Assembly: GCF_000372725.1 (NCBI RefSeq)
Contig: NW_005201392.1
Location: 661,660-725,659, forward strand
Source of the DNA: Emiliania huxleyi CCMP1516
Taxonomy: Eukaryota
DNA: 64,000 nt
Direction of reading: 5' to 3'
The stretch's first letter is position 1. Each line of letters opens with the position of its first letter. Positions 11,529-23,026 of this stretch are shown here, piece by piece. Under the pieces are notes generated by a model, which saw only the letters and a list, made by a program, of their open reading frames with translations, searched no databases and was not told the DNA's origin. A program made the translations under genes and the position numbers.

Positions 11529-13119
11529 ATGTCTGGCCTCCACCTGACCGGCTACCGCCCGCTCGTGACGCGACGCATCGGGCAGGAACGCCACGCAGAG
11601 CGGAACGCGCAAGCCTCGAGCCTCAAGCCAATCGACGACGCCTACGGGCAGTCCTCTGAGGAAATCTCGCAGCTGGCGCCGCGGCCGGAGCCGGAGCACG
11701 GCTTCTCCGCCTGGTCGGCGTACGAGGAGGACGAGGTGCTGCTCGACGACCTCGCGCGCCGGGCGGAGCCGCCGCACGCATTGCCGCCGCCGCGTCCTCT
11801 CACGGACTGTCTCTCCGCGGACCGTCTCTCCGCCTACCTAGTCACGATACGGGATGCGGGAGAGGACGGCGGCGGCAGCGGCGGCAGCGGTGGCAATGGC
11901 GGCGGCGGCAGCAGCGATAGCTACGGCGGAAATGGCGGCGGCGGCGGCGGCGGCGACGCTGCTCTGCCGCCGCAACCCTCGACCCTTGAGCACGGCGGCG
12001 AGACGTACGTGTACGACGGCTACCTGCTCCTCGCCCAGCTCGAGGGCGTCGCGCCGCCCGCCTCGCCGCCGCCGCCCGCACAGTTCGCCTTCGGCGTCGC
12101 GCTGCACGCCGCCTCGTTTGCGGCTGTGCGCGTGCCTCCGGCGCTGCAGCGGCCGGGTGAGACTCCGCTGAGAGCCGAGATGGCGAGAGCTGAGTGGAGC
12201 CGAGGGCCCGTTGAGAGCCGAGATGGCGAGAGCTGAGCGGAGCCGAGGCGTTGCGACGGGGCCGCATCTCTTCCGCGCCCCCTCACCGCCACCCTCACCG
12301 CCACCCTCACCGCCACCCTCACCGCCGCCCTCACCGCCACCCTCACCGCCGCCCTCACCGCCACCCTCACCGCCGCCCTCACCGCCGCCCTCATCGCCGC
12401 CCTCACCGCCGCCGTCGCCACCCTCACCAGGCGAGCTCGCGGCGCTGGCGAGGCTGCAGAGACTTCTCCTGCATGAGTGGCTTTCCCTGCCTCCGCCGCC
12501 CGCCGCGCCGTTCTGCGCGTTGATGCCGCGCTACCGCCGCGGAACCGCCGCCCAGGGGGAGGGGAGGGGGAGGGCGGGGGAGGGCGGGGAGGGCGGGGAG
12601 GGCGGGGAGAGGGATCGGAAGAGCGGGGAGAGGGGGCGGGAGGACGGGAACGAGGAGGAGGAGGCGGAGGCGGCGGTGCTGCCTCCGTCTGCCCTCGTGG
12701 CTGCCCTCGAGGCGCCGCGCCCGAACAGCGAAATCAACTTCATTCATCGCAATCCGTTCGCTAATCAATCAGTGAGTTTGAGCTCAGGCGCCGCCCCCGA
12801 CAGCGCTCGAGTGGGCGCACGAGCAGCGGCGCAGCCGCCTCGGCGGCGGTACTAGCAGAGGCGGCGGCGGAGGAGGAGAGGGCGGCAGCGGAGGCGGCGG
12901 CGGAGGCGTCGGCGGAGGAGGCGTCGGCGGAGGAGGAGAGGGCGGCGGCATCACTTGCCCCAAGCGCCGGCGGAGCGAGGCCATCGCCAGCGCGGCCGCC
13001 AAGCAGCAGCGCATCGACGCCACGGCCACCACACACCCTCGCGCCGCGCCGCCCCACGCCGCGCCGCCCCACGCAGTGCCGGTTCCGCCATGGCCGCCGT
13101 ATGCGCCACCGCAAGGCGC

Positions 13120-13158
<39 letters not shown>

Positions 13159-16100
13159 CTTGTTTGCGCCGCCGCAGCCGCCGCCGCAGCAGCAGAGGCT
13201 GAGCGCGCAGCAGCAGGCAGATTTGCAGGCGGCGGTCACGTACCGCGGCGTGAACGGCGTCTCTTCACGCCGTCGGGCTGTGAACAGGTGGACTTGCAGG
13301 CGGCGGTCGCCACCTTTGCGAAGGGGCAGCAGGAGCTGCGGAGGCGGGAGGGCGGTGTGGCGGGCGGGCCGCCACCGGTGGAGGCATGGGCGGAGCACGG
13401 CGCGCGCGCGACGCTGTCGTCGGTCATCGTTCACATCGGCGGCTTGCTAGGGAGAGGTGGGGAGATCTGGGGAGATCGTTCACACATCGGCGGCTTGCTA
13501 GGGAGAGATGGAGAGAGAGAGGCTCTCTCCCTAGCAAGTTTTGGCACGCCCGGCCACCTGGAGAGAGAGCGAGAGGGAGATATGGGGAGATATGGGGAGA
13601 TGTGGTTCCACTTGGCGGCTTGGGCACGACGCGATCTCCCCAGATCTCCCCAGATCTCCCCAGATCTCCCCAGATCTCCCGATATCTCCCCTACTAGGCG
13701 GCCTGCCCCGGGGCACGACGCGGGCGGAGCTGGCCGACCTCTTTGGCGCGTACTCGCTGCTGCCCGAGACGCTCTCTCTTGCCGGTGGCAGGCCGGAGGC
13801 ATCGAACCTGCACGAGCGGCAGCACTCCTCCCTAGAAGCCGGAACCTCTCCCCGTCTCTCCCGGTCTCTCCCCATATCTCCCCATATCTCGGGCCCGAGA
13901 AGCGGAAGGCGCGTTCTTGTATCCCAACTAGCGCTCGAGAGGACACGCACTCCGCCGTACTCGACCGCATTCGGCGGTGTTGGTCGTATCCATGTGCCCA
14001 CGCGGTGCCCTGACGACACTGTGCGAGACCGCCCTCCCGCCCTGAGGCTGGCGTACTAGCAGCACAGGCAGCACAGCCCACGCCCGTCCGTCTAATAATG
14101 AATCATGAATAATTAATACTGAATAGGCAGCACCCGCCCCCAGCCCACGCCCGCCCATCCGCGTGCGAGGGCGAGGGGTACCACTACGCCTCCGCCACCT
14201 TCGCCGACGCCGCGCTCGCCCTCGCCGCCGTCGCGACGCCGCAGTTCCTGCGCGGCGCAAAGCTGCGCGTCGGAGTCGACCACCGCGACTTGCCCACGCA
14301 GGAGGGCGAGATCGGCAGAGAGCGGCAGAGAGTGGCAGAAAGCGGCAGAGAGTGGCAGAGAGCGGCGGAGAGCGGCGGAGAGCGGCAGAGAGCGGCGGAG
14401 AGCGGCGGAGAGCGGCCCGAGAAGACGAGATGTGTCCCGAGATGGGCCGAGCAATGCTTGGCGTTGGCCGAGATCGCCCCTGGATCTGTTCTCCCTGCCC
14501 GCGCAGGAGCGGTTGCGCCGCAAGCTCGCGGGCGCGGCGGCGGTTGGGGGGGCGGCGGGGGCGGTTGGGGGGGCGGCGGGGGCGGTTGGGGGGGCGGCGG
14601 GGGCGGTTGGGGCGGCGGCCACCGAGGAGGCGGAGGCGGAGGCGGAGGCTCTTCTGGCGAGGTGACCGGGGGGCTGGAGGGCGCCGTCGTCACGTACCGC
14701 GGTGTGGACGGCGTCTCTTCACACCGTCGGGCCGTGAACAGGCGGCTGGAGGGCGCCGTCGTCACGTACCGCGGCCGCGGGTTTCGCGTGGACGGCGCGG
14801 GCGTCGGTTGGCGGCGATGTCGCGCCCTCGCCCCCCTCCCCGTCTTCACAGGCCTTCTTGCCCGCCAGGCGCGAGCTTGGTGGCGGCTAGCGCGGCGCCG
14901 CCGGCCGAGAGCCGGCTGCTTGGCGACGGCGGCGGAAGCGGCTCTGGTAGCCCCTGCGGGGGTGGGGCTGCGCCTCTGGAGGGGCGGCAAGGGATGGAGG
15001 GGCGGCAAGGGATGGAGGGGCGGCAAGGGATGGAGGGGCGGCAAGGGTGGGGCGGGCGGGTGGCGGGGCAGGGGGCTCTTCCGCATACCTCGCCTACGGC
15101 ACCGCCGCACCACCGGCGGCTGCTGCTCAAGCACCAGACGCGCCTGCGGCTGCTTCGCTCAGCCGCTCGGCCGCCGCCGCCGCCGCCGCGGGCGCGGCCG
15201 CTGGCCGGGTTCAGCGCGCACAGCCTTCGCAGCGCGAGCAAGCCGGAGGGCCGCGGCATCGGCGAGCATGACGACGATGCCGGCCCGAGGCTCCCCTCCC
15301 TCCCTTGCCTCCCATCGCCCTGCCGCCTCTCCCTCCCTACTGCCTCTCCCCCCGCCTCGATTGCCCCCGCCGCAGGCTCTCTCCTCTTAGTCGGCTGATC
15401 TCGGCTGATCTCGGCTGATCTCGGCTGATCTCGGCTGGTCTCGGCTGATCTCGGCTGATCTCGGCTGGTCTCGGCTGATCTCGGCTGGTCTCGGCTGGTC
15501 TCGGCTGATCTCGGCTGGTCTCGGCTGATCTCGGCTGGTCTCGGCTTCAGGCTCTCGCTCCTCTTCGACGGCGGCGCGGTCCTCGTCTGGTGCAGCACCC
15601 ACTCAGCCGAGCAACGAACTCTGCGTCGCCTGTGAGCATCACTCAAAGCCAATGTCTTAAGGCCGTTCAAGAGCGACGTCGTGCTGGGCGCGCTCCTCTC
15701 GAGCGCCCTGCTGCAGCCGCACCTCGAGTGGCACTGCCGCGCCGCGCTGCTGCAGCGGAGCGTCGGCATCGAGCTCGGCGACGGCGCGCTGCTGCGGCGC
15801 GCCTTTGTCCACCCCACCGCCGTCGACATCGAGCGGCGACCGCCCCCCCCCCCCCCCCCCCCTCACCACCACCACCACCACCACCCAAACACACGGCGCC
15901 CCGCATTCTCGGGGTCGGCGCGGGCGCCGCAACCTCCCGCAATCCCCCCCCCCCCCCCTCTCACTCCGCTTCCGCAGGCTCCACCCTGGCCGCGCGCCCG
16001 CCGCCGCTCTCGTGGAGCGGCTCTGCCCGGCGCAGCCCCGCCCGCTGGGGCGGCTGCGCGAGGCGCTGCGGCGCTGCGGCCTCGCAAAGGCCGTCTCGAA

Positions 16101-16545
16101 GCTGCTCCGCGAGACGCACTGCCTTAATGAATGAATGAATGAATGAATGAATTCAGGCCGTCTCGAAGCTGGACCGCGAGACGCACTGCCTCGTCGATCT
16201 GCCGCTGGCTTTTGCCGTCGAGCCGCACAACTCGCGCCTCGAGGCGCTCGGCGACGCCGTGCTGAGCGTCGTCGCCTCGCACCACGCCTTCGCAGCCTTC
16301 CCGTGGGGCGACGAGGGCGTGCTCAGCGACGCGCGTTGCGGTGTCATCGGCACCAAGCTCTTCGCGCTCTTCTCGCTTCAGCTCGGCCTCCCTGCGCTGC
16401 TGCACCACGGCGACCGACCCTCGCCCTAACCCCAACCCTAACCCGTGAGACGTGTGATTCAGACGTCCCACTGAGCTCTGCACGATGGCGCCAAAGGCGA
16501 TCGGACGCCGTCGGGCGCGCTGTACGCCGACGCGACCGACAAGCG
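11529..16545 (+). CDS. Multi-exon RNase III-domain protein with an RRM-like domain (Dicer/RNase III family), 3' part missing
   Basis: LQRSVGIELGDGALLRRAFVHPT (~15750-15820) and HNSRLEALGDAVLSVVASHHAFAAFPWGDEGVLSDARCGVIG (16226-16350) form the RNase III signature. VIVHIGGLPRGTTRAELADLFGAY..GYHYASATFADAALALAAV..LRGAKLRV resembles an RRM. Exon structure only partly resolved. Confidence 0.7.
13575..13690. repeat. Intronic 10 bp minisatellites (GGAGATATGG / CCCAGATCTC)
   Basis: Tandem 10-mers in both orientations inside an intron. The same family recurs at ~13860, 16575-16617 and 50597-50637. Confidence 0.85.
15390..15546. repeat. Intronic 10 bp minisatellite (TCGGCTGRTC)n
   Basis: About 15 tandem copies ending just before a CAG acceptor at ~15550. 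Confidence 0.9.
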
Positions 16546-16699
16546 CGCCGCCTCCCGCCCTCCCGTCCGTCCCACATCTCCCCATATCTCCCCATATCTC
16601 CCATCTCCCCATATCTCGCCACAGCCTCCCGTCCGTCCCACGGCACTCGTTCCTTCGCTCTCCCTCTCCTCCCCCTTATGGCCGAAATCCAACTAGCAT

Positions 16700-18130
16700 C
16701 CCACCTCCTCGCCGCAGGGGCTGGGACACAAAGAAAACCATCAAGCTCATTAACAACGTCCTGAAAGGAAACTATGCCGTGAACATGCCCCTTATCGAGG
16801 AGGTGGCGCTCGGAGGCAAGGCCTCTCATCCCGCGGTGGAATGCCACGACTTCGCCGCCACCGAGCCGCAGAGCCGCTCTCGGCTCCGTGCGCTATACCG
16901 CGGAGAGATGGGAGCGGAGGCGCCCTCGGCTCTGTGCACAGCACGCCAGAGGCTGTCAGTCGTCCTCCATCCCTGGGGCCAAGCGATTTACCTGGGCAAT
17001 TACACTGACGGACAGGCTCTCGCCTATTGGCGCGTATCGAAGGTAGGAGATCTCCCTGGCACTACTGAGGAGGAGATAGCTGCACCTTCGTCGGAACTGG
17101 CATTCGGGCCGCCCGTGCCGCCAGCACCAGACGGGACGCCGCTCTACAGTTACGGCGTCATCAAGGCCTGGCGCGACGACAAGGGCAGGCCCCATCCCAA
17201 GCGCTTCGTCTTTTCGCGGTGGGAGCGGCGCTCGTGGCCTTTTGACGGTGAGGTGGTGCTGGAGCCCATGCTTGAGCTTCGCGTCATCGCGTCGCCCTGG
17301 TGGTGGGGCGGGAATAGCAAGTCGGCGAAGGAGCAGCCCCTGTCAGACTTTCGAGTTCTGCGGGCAGGATCGGACGATGTCGTGGCGGCGGTGGGCGAGA
17401 CCAGGCCGTTCGCGCCTGACCATACGTGGCGCGAGTGGGGCATCCGCACTGCCAGGAAACCCCAGATTGCGCACCCACGATCCCGAACCCCCCCCCCCCC
17501 CTAAACTGACACGCCTAGGACCTGACCTAACAGCGGTGTCGACTTGCTCGGTCTTTTCGCCTTGATCCTCTCCTCAAAGTACAAGTCGGAGGACCTTGGC
17601 CGCCGATTGGGCTTTTTCGAGATGGCGGTGGTGCGCGCGTATTTGGAATGGGAAAGCGCCCGGGAGGACGGGCATCGCGAAATCTCCAAGGCCATCAAGG
17701 CGATCAAGGCGCTCGCCAACGGCGGCATTGTGCAAAACATCGCATAGCAAGAGGGGAAGAGGGCCAAGGCGACGTCAATGCCTTGCCAGTCGTGAGCGCC
17801 CGCGATGATGAGGTTGTGAGGAGAGCGCAGGCTGAGGCTTGCGCACACTCGGCGTTAACTCGTCACTCCACGACCCTCCACGACTCTCCACGACCGGCAC
17901 ACGGCTCTACTCCCAAAGTCGAACCGTGTCTCTCTTTGTACATGCATACTCTGCTACGCGAATAACAACAGGAGTTCGTTTTATATTCAATTGAATTTAA
18001 CTCTTGCGCGGTTCCGCATTAAATAAATAAATAAATAAAAACGGTCAAACTCTGAGACGAGATGGGATTTAGGGACATGTGTCCCCGACCCCGCCCTGCA
18101 CGATCTTGGTGTGAGGGATCTTCAATCCGT
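16700..18130. repeat. Inverted duplicate of 19889-21319 (1.43 kb), abutting the N gap
   Basis: ORF translations are identical to those on the opposite strand of 19889-21319. The arm runs directly into the N-run. Confidence 0.9.
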
Positions 18131-18230
18131 NNNNNNNNNNNNNNNNNNNNNNNNNNNNNNNNNNNNNNNNNNNNNNNNNNNNNNNNNNNNNNNNNNNNNN
18201 NNNNNNNNNNNNNNNNNNNNNNNNNNNNNN
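18131..18230. other. Assembly gap (100 N)
   Basis: Run of n. Confidence 1.
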
Positions 18231-18669
18231 CTTTAAGGACCTTTTTTCCCCCGGGGCGGGCCGGGGGACCCCGGAGGGGGGATTGTTGCCGGGAAGGGAT
18301 TTGCTTTTTGCGGGAGCCGGCAACCGGCCCGGGGGGGGGCGCCCGCCCAAGCGCGGTCCCGCGGCGGACCGGTGGGCGCCGTTAAACCCGAAGCACCGGC
18401 ATCGGGCGATGGCGCGGCCGGTCGGCGAAGCGCCGTTGGGCAACCCGAGAAGTGGCTGCCGCCCTCCCGAGGGCGGCGGCAGCCACTTCTCGCGACGAGC
18501 GTGCCCGGCTTCTTTAGCAGCAGCGCGTCTAGTCCTTTGTGAGCGCGTCTTTCGCGCCCTTGGCGGCGCCGCCGAGCACGGCGATGGCGCCCTGGAGCTC
18601 GGGGTCGCTCAGCCTTGCCTACGAGGGTGGGGACCAGGAGCGCCGAGCCAGTGGGAGGGCAGGCAAGTA

Positions 18670-19530
18670 TGGCAAAACTGCGAGCTCCCGAGGACGTCTG
18701 GCGCCGAGTGCGTCTGGCACCGGGCACGGAAGCTCGCACTCGGCCGCACGCGATAGTGCTGCCGCGAGAACGCCAGCCATGTACGATATGTCTCGTGTAC
18801 ACTCCTCCTGGGTCATGGTCGGTCATATGCAGGACGGCCAGAGTCGCCCACATCGCCTACGCGGTCCCGAGTGTGGTCAGACTGATACACCGCGACTCAA
18901 CGGTTGAGTGCGGCCAGCGCACACAAACGTCGTCGACTGCGGCCTGGCGCGGTGATCATAGGTGCTGGAGACCAGGCAGTATGGGCCTGCAACCTGGCCA
19001 CGCATGAACTCGGTACCTACATTCGCAGAGGCCCGGCAAGGATGGGATCTAGTAGAGTGATTGCGCGCTGAGACCGTACTCCGTGGGTCGCTGGAATGAC
19101 CTGTAGGGAAGTTCAGTGCCGCTGCTCGACTCTCCAGTGTCACAGCCGATGCCTGTGACCTGGCCACCGCCGCACGGTGCTTGAAATCGGCGCCTCCTCG
19201 GGTGTGCCCTCATAGACAGTCTTCGGCGGCGCGTAGTCGACGCGAGAGCTGCCCTACACAGACGTCTACTGTGAACCACCGACGAATAGAGCACAGGTTT
19301 TTGGCCACGAGATCCGCCTTCGAGGTCGAGCCGAGGCTGCCGGCGTCGTCTCTGCTGCTCTGGGCATCACCTGCACAAGCCAAGCAGACTTTGTTGCAAA
19401 AGCGTAGGCGGGTCGACGCGCCGTGTGTTGGGTTCCCATCTCGGCGCGCGCGAGTCCAGGCCGAACCGACTAGCTGCCGCCGCAGCGAGTGCGGCTGGGC
19501 TGCAGGCAGGCCTGTAGCAGGCGCTCGGCA
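18670..19530 (+). mobile_element. Diverged second copy of the interior of the 3332-4645 element
   Basis: Colinear with ~3685-4555 (e.g. GGCAAAACTGCGAGCTCCCGAGGACGTCTGG) with scattered substitutions. The 24 bp TIR is not seen here. Confidence 0.8.
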
Positions 19531-19639
19531 CGCTGTCCGGAGGCGCTGTGGCTCACAGGGCGAGCGCCTGTGGCTCGCGAAAAAAGTCGAGAGAGGCGTT
19601 TCACAAATCCGAATCGTTTCAGATTTCTTCCAGCCCTCC

Positions 19640-19998
19640 CTATGACGACGAGCTCTACCAGGCATGGAGGGACGGCGAGATAGGCGAAAAGGACTTGCCG
19701 GAGGAGGTGATGGCTATGACTTTGGACCTTTGCGGAGAGGTGGCGAGCGGAGCAAGCGCGGTGTAGGCGCGCCCACGCGGCGCAGCGGCTCTCCCGCGAC
19801 CATAGCCCCTCCCGCAGCCGCAGCCGTAGCCGCAGCCCCAACTCTTGCTGCTCTTCTAGTGTCGGGTAGTGACCAGGGGTGAGGGGACACGGATTGAAGA
19901 TCCCTCACACCAAGATCGTGCAGGGCGGGGTCGGGGACACATGTCCCTAAATCCCATCTCGTCTCAGAGTTTGACCGTTTTTATTTATTTATTTATTT
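19640..19998 (+). mobile_element. Possible 3' end of a LINE-like element with (TTTA)n tail
   Basis: Short coding-like tail (YDDELYQAWRDGEIGEKDLPEE..*), then a UTR-like stretch ending in TTTTTATTTATTTATTTATTT. Confidence 0.35.
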
Positions 19999-20271
19999 AA
20001 TGCGGAACCGCGCAAGAGTTAAATTCAATTGAATATAAAACGAACTCCTGTTGTTATTCGCGTAGCAGAGTATGCATGTACAAAGAGAGACACGGTTCGA
20101 CTTTGGGAGTAGAGCCGTGTGCCGGTCGTGGAGAGTCGTGGAGGGTCGTGGAGTGACGAGTTAACGCCGAGTGTGCGCAAGCCTCAGCCTGCGCTCTCCT
20201 CACAACCTCATCATCGCGGGCGCTCACGACTGGCAAGGCATTGACGTCGCCTTGGCCCTCTTCCCCTCTTG

Positions 20272-22653
20272 CTATGCGATGTTTTGCACAATGCCGCCGT
20301 TGGCGAGCGCCTTGATCGCCTTGATGGCCTTGGAGATTTCGCGATGCCCGTCCTCCCGGGCGCTTTCCCATTCCAAATACGCGCGCACCACCGCCATCTC
20401 GAAAAAGCCCAATCGGCGGCCAAGGTCCTCCGACTTGTACTTTGAGGAGAGGATCAAGGCGAAAAGACCGAGCAAGTCGACACCGCTGTTAGGTCAGGTC
20501 CTAGGCGTGTCAGTTTAGGGGGGGGGGGGGGTTCGGGATCGTGGGTGCGCAATCTGGGGTTTCCTGGCAGTGCGGATGCCCCACTCGCGCCACGTATGGT
20601 CAGGCGCGAACGGCCTGGTCTCGCCCACCGCCGCCACGACATCGTCCGATCCTGCCCGCAGAACTCGAAAGTCTGACAGGGGCTGCTCCTTCGCCGACTT
20701 GCTATTCCCGCCCCACCACCAGGGCGACGCGATGACGCGAAGCTCAAGCATGGGCTCCAGCACCACCTCACCGTCAAAAGGCCACGAGCGCCGCTCCCAC
20801 CGCGAAAAGACGAAGCGCTTGGGATGGGGCCTGCCCTTGTCGTCGCGCCAGGCCTTGATGACGCCGTAACTGTAGAGCGGCGTCCCGTCTGGTGCTGGCG
20901 GCACGGGCGGCCCGAATGCCAGTTCCGACGAAGGTGCAGCTATCTCCTCCTCAGTAGTGCCAGGGAGATCTCCTACCTTCGATACGCGCCAATAGGCGAG
21001 AGCCTGTCCGTCAGTGTAATTGCCCAGGTAAATCGCTTGGCCCCAGGGATGGAGGACGACTGACAGCCTCTGGCGTGCTGTGCACAGAGCCGAGGGCGCC
21101 TCCGCTCCCATCTCTCCGCGGTATAGCGCACGGAGCCGAGAGCGGCTCTGCGGCTCGGTGGCGGCGAAGTCGTGGCATTCCACCGCGGGATGAGAGGCCT
21201 TGCCTCCGAGCGCCACCTCCTCGATAAGGGGCATGTTCACGGCATAGTTTCCTTTCAGGACGTTGTTAATGAGCTTGATGGTTTTCTTTGTGTCCCAGCC
21301 CCTGCGGCGAGGAGGTGGGGTGCGGGTTGGCTTTGCGCGGTCGTGGCGCGGTCGCGGCGAGGAGGGGCGCGCGCACCACAGGTAGGTTCCGGCTCGCGTT
21401 GTGCCGGCCAGCGCCCCGGTCACGCCTCCATCGACAGAGGCCAAGGAGTCCGTGGCGATCATCTTAGCCCCAACCGAGTTGTCATAAGGCGATATGTCGG
21501 CGAAGCGGTCCTCGCCAAACGGCGCATCCACCCCAACCTCCGCGAGGCGTTTTTGGTCGCGCAGCGCCGCCTCGTGACGCTCTTCATAGGGCGACGAGGT
21601 GCCGATCGTTTTCAGCAGGGAGAGGATGACGGGAGAGCCGCGCAAGCGCGACTGGACCTCGCTAGCGAGCCCTTTGAACGGCTTTTTGCCGCCCATTAAA
21701 GGGGTGGACGACCTGAAAAGGGAGAGGGCGTGCGTAGGTGGTGGCCTGGCGGTGTGGCGGAGAGGGGAAGGTGGGTGGACGACCAGTCCACTTCGACCGA
21801 AGGCCCCAGGAAGCGCAGCATCGGGCTGACTCGACCCTCGCAGACCATCGAGGCGGCGTTTTCGCGCACCAACGGCTTAATGATGTTGCTGATGACGGCT
21901 TGCACCACCGCAGGCTCAGTGGTGCCTTTGAAAGCGCCTGCCATGTCAACGTGAAAGGAGTCGACGCCGAAGTCACCGTCGCAGATGTCGATGGCTTGGC
22001 CGTCGAGATAGCGCAGGTTCGCAAAGATGGTCATGCTGCCAGAGAGAGCGATTTTCGCGCGCCCCTCGCAGAGCGTCATGCCAGCAAATCCGCGGACTTG
22101 AAAGTTGGCTTCCACGACGGCGGAAATGTCGTCGATCGCGATCTGCACGCCGTCAGGCGGCTTGGAAAGGTCGCCGATCGTGCGCCAGAAGGTGCCCTGG
22201 GTCCTGTGCCACCTGAGGAGAGCAATACGTGAGGCAGTTAGGAGGAGGAGGAGAGGTGCAGCTGGCGGGAGGAGCAGCTCTCACTCGTAGTCGTCCCAGC
22301 AGAGGCCTCCGCGCACCTTGACGCCGTTGATTTGCGGGATGGTCATGTTCCAGACCCTGGTCTCTCCGGCGGAGAACGCGGGTGTGATCAAGATGTGCGG
22401 GAGGATGTCAGAGTCGCGCGTGTAGGCAGCAACAGTTGTCACCGCGTCAAGCGTCATTCTTGAGATGAAGCCCTGTATCAACGAGTTCGCTCCCTTGCAG
22501 TCGCTGCGAAGCAGAGCGGCAGGCGCAGATCTCTCGAGGAGACTGGAGGACGGCACGCACGCTTTGAGAAGAGCACATCCTGCGAGAAGGATGGCGAGCA
22601 CGCTCGAGATTTTCTTGAGGTGGGAGGTCGCAGCCCTCACGTTGGCGGTCTTC
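20272..22653 (-). CDS. Hypothetical multi-exon protein with an N-terminal hydrophobic segment
   Basis: Coding-like exons MKTANV..SVLAILLAGCALLKACV, QIAIDDISAVVEANFQVRG.., GWDTKKTIKLINNVLKGNY.. and LLGLFALILSSKY..*, separated by short intron-like gaps. No family recognised. Confidence 0.6.
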
Positions 22654-23026
22654 ATCGGCGCAAATCTGGAGGGAGACCAACGAGAGCACGACTGGGTTGA
22701 CACCGTTTTCTTCTTTTTGAGCTGCCTTCGAAGGGAGGAAACAAAGCAAGGCGGACATGGCATATCGCTCTCTGAAAGTAGAAAGACTCACAATCATCAA
22801 CGTCAAATACCGTCAATCAAAGCACCCCCAACACCCGCGCAACGCCCTAGGTAGCTTTGGTGGACCTTTCCCCCAGACCCCATCCAGTTCCAGATGAATG
22901 TGCATGTGCAGCAGTCGGACTGCAGAGCAGCAAAGGCGCTCGAAGAGGCGCGAGGGGTCCTCCCCGAGGTCTCCTCAACAGCGGTGCTGGAGGCGCAGAG
23001 TCCCCGAGCCGGGACCGCCAGCTCGC

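Noticed and set aside
16424..16444. Telomere or chromosome end (CCCTAACCCCAACCCTAACCC)
   Set aside because: Only about three degenerate units, inside an intron.
16485..17747. Independent plus-strand gene (339 aa ORF)
   Set aside because: It is the inverted copy of the 3' part of the 20272-22653 gene, lacks its 5' exons and abuts the gap.
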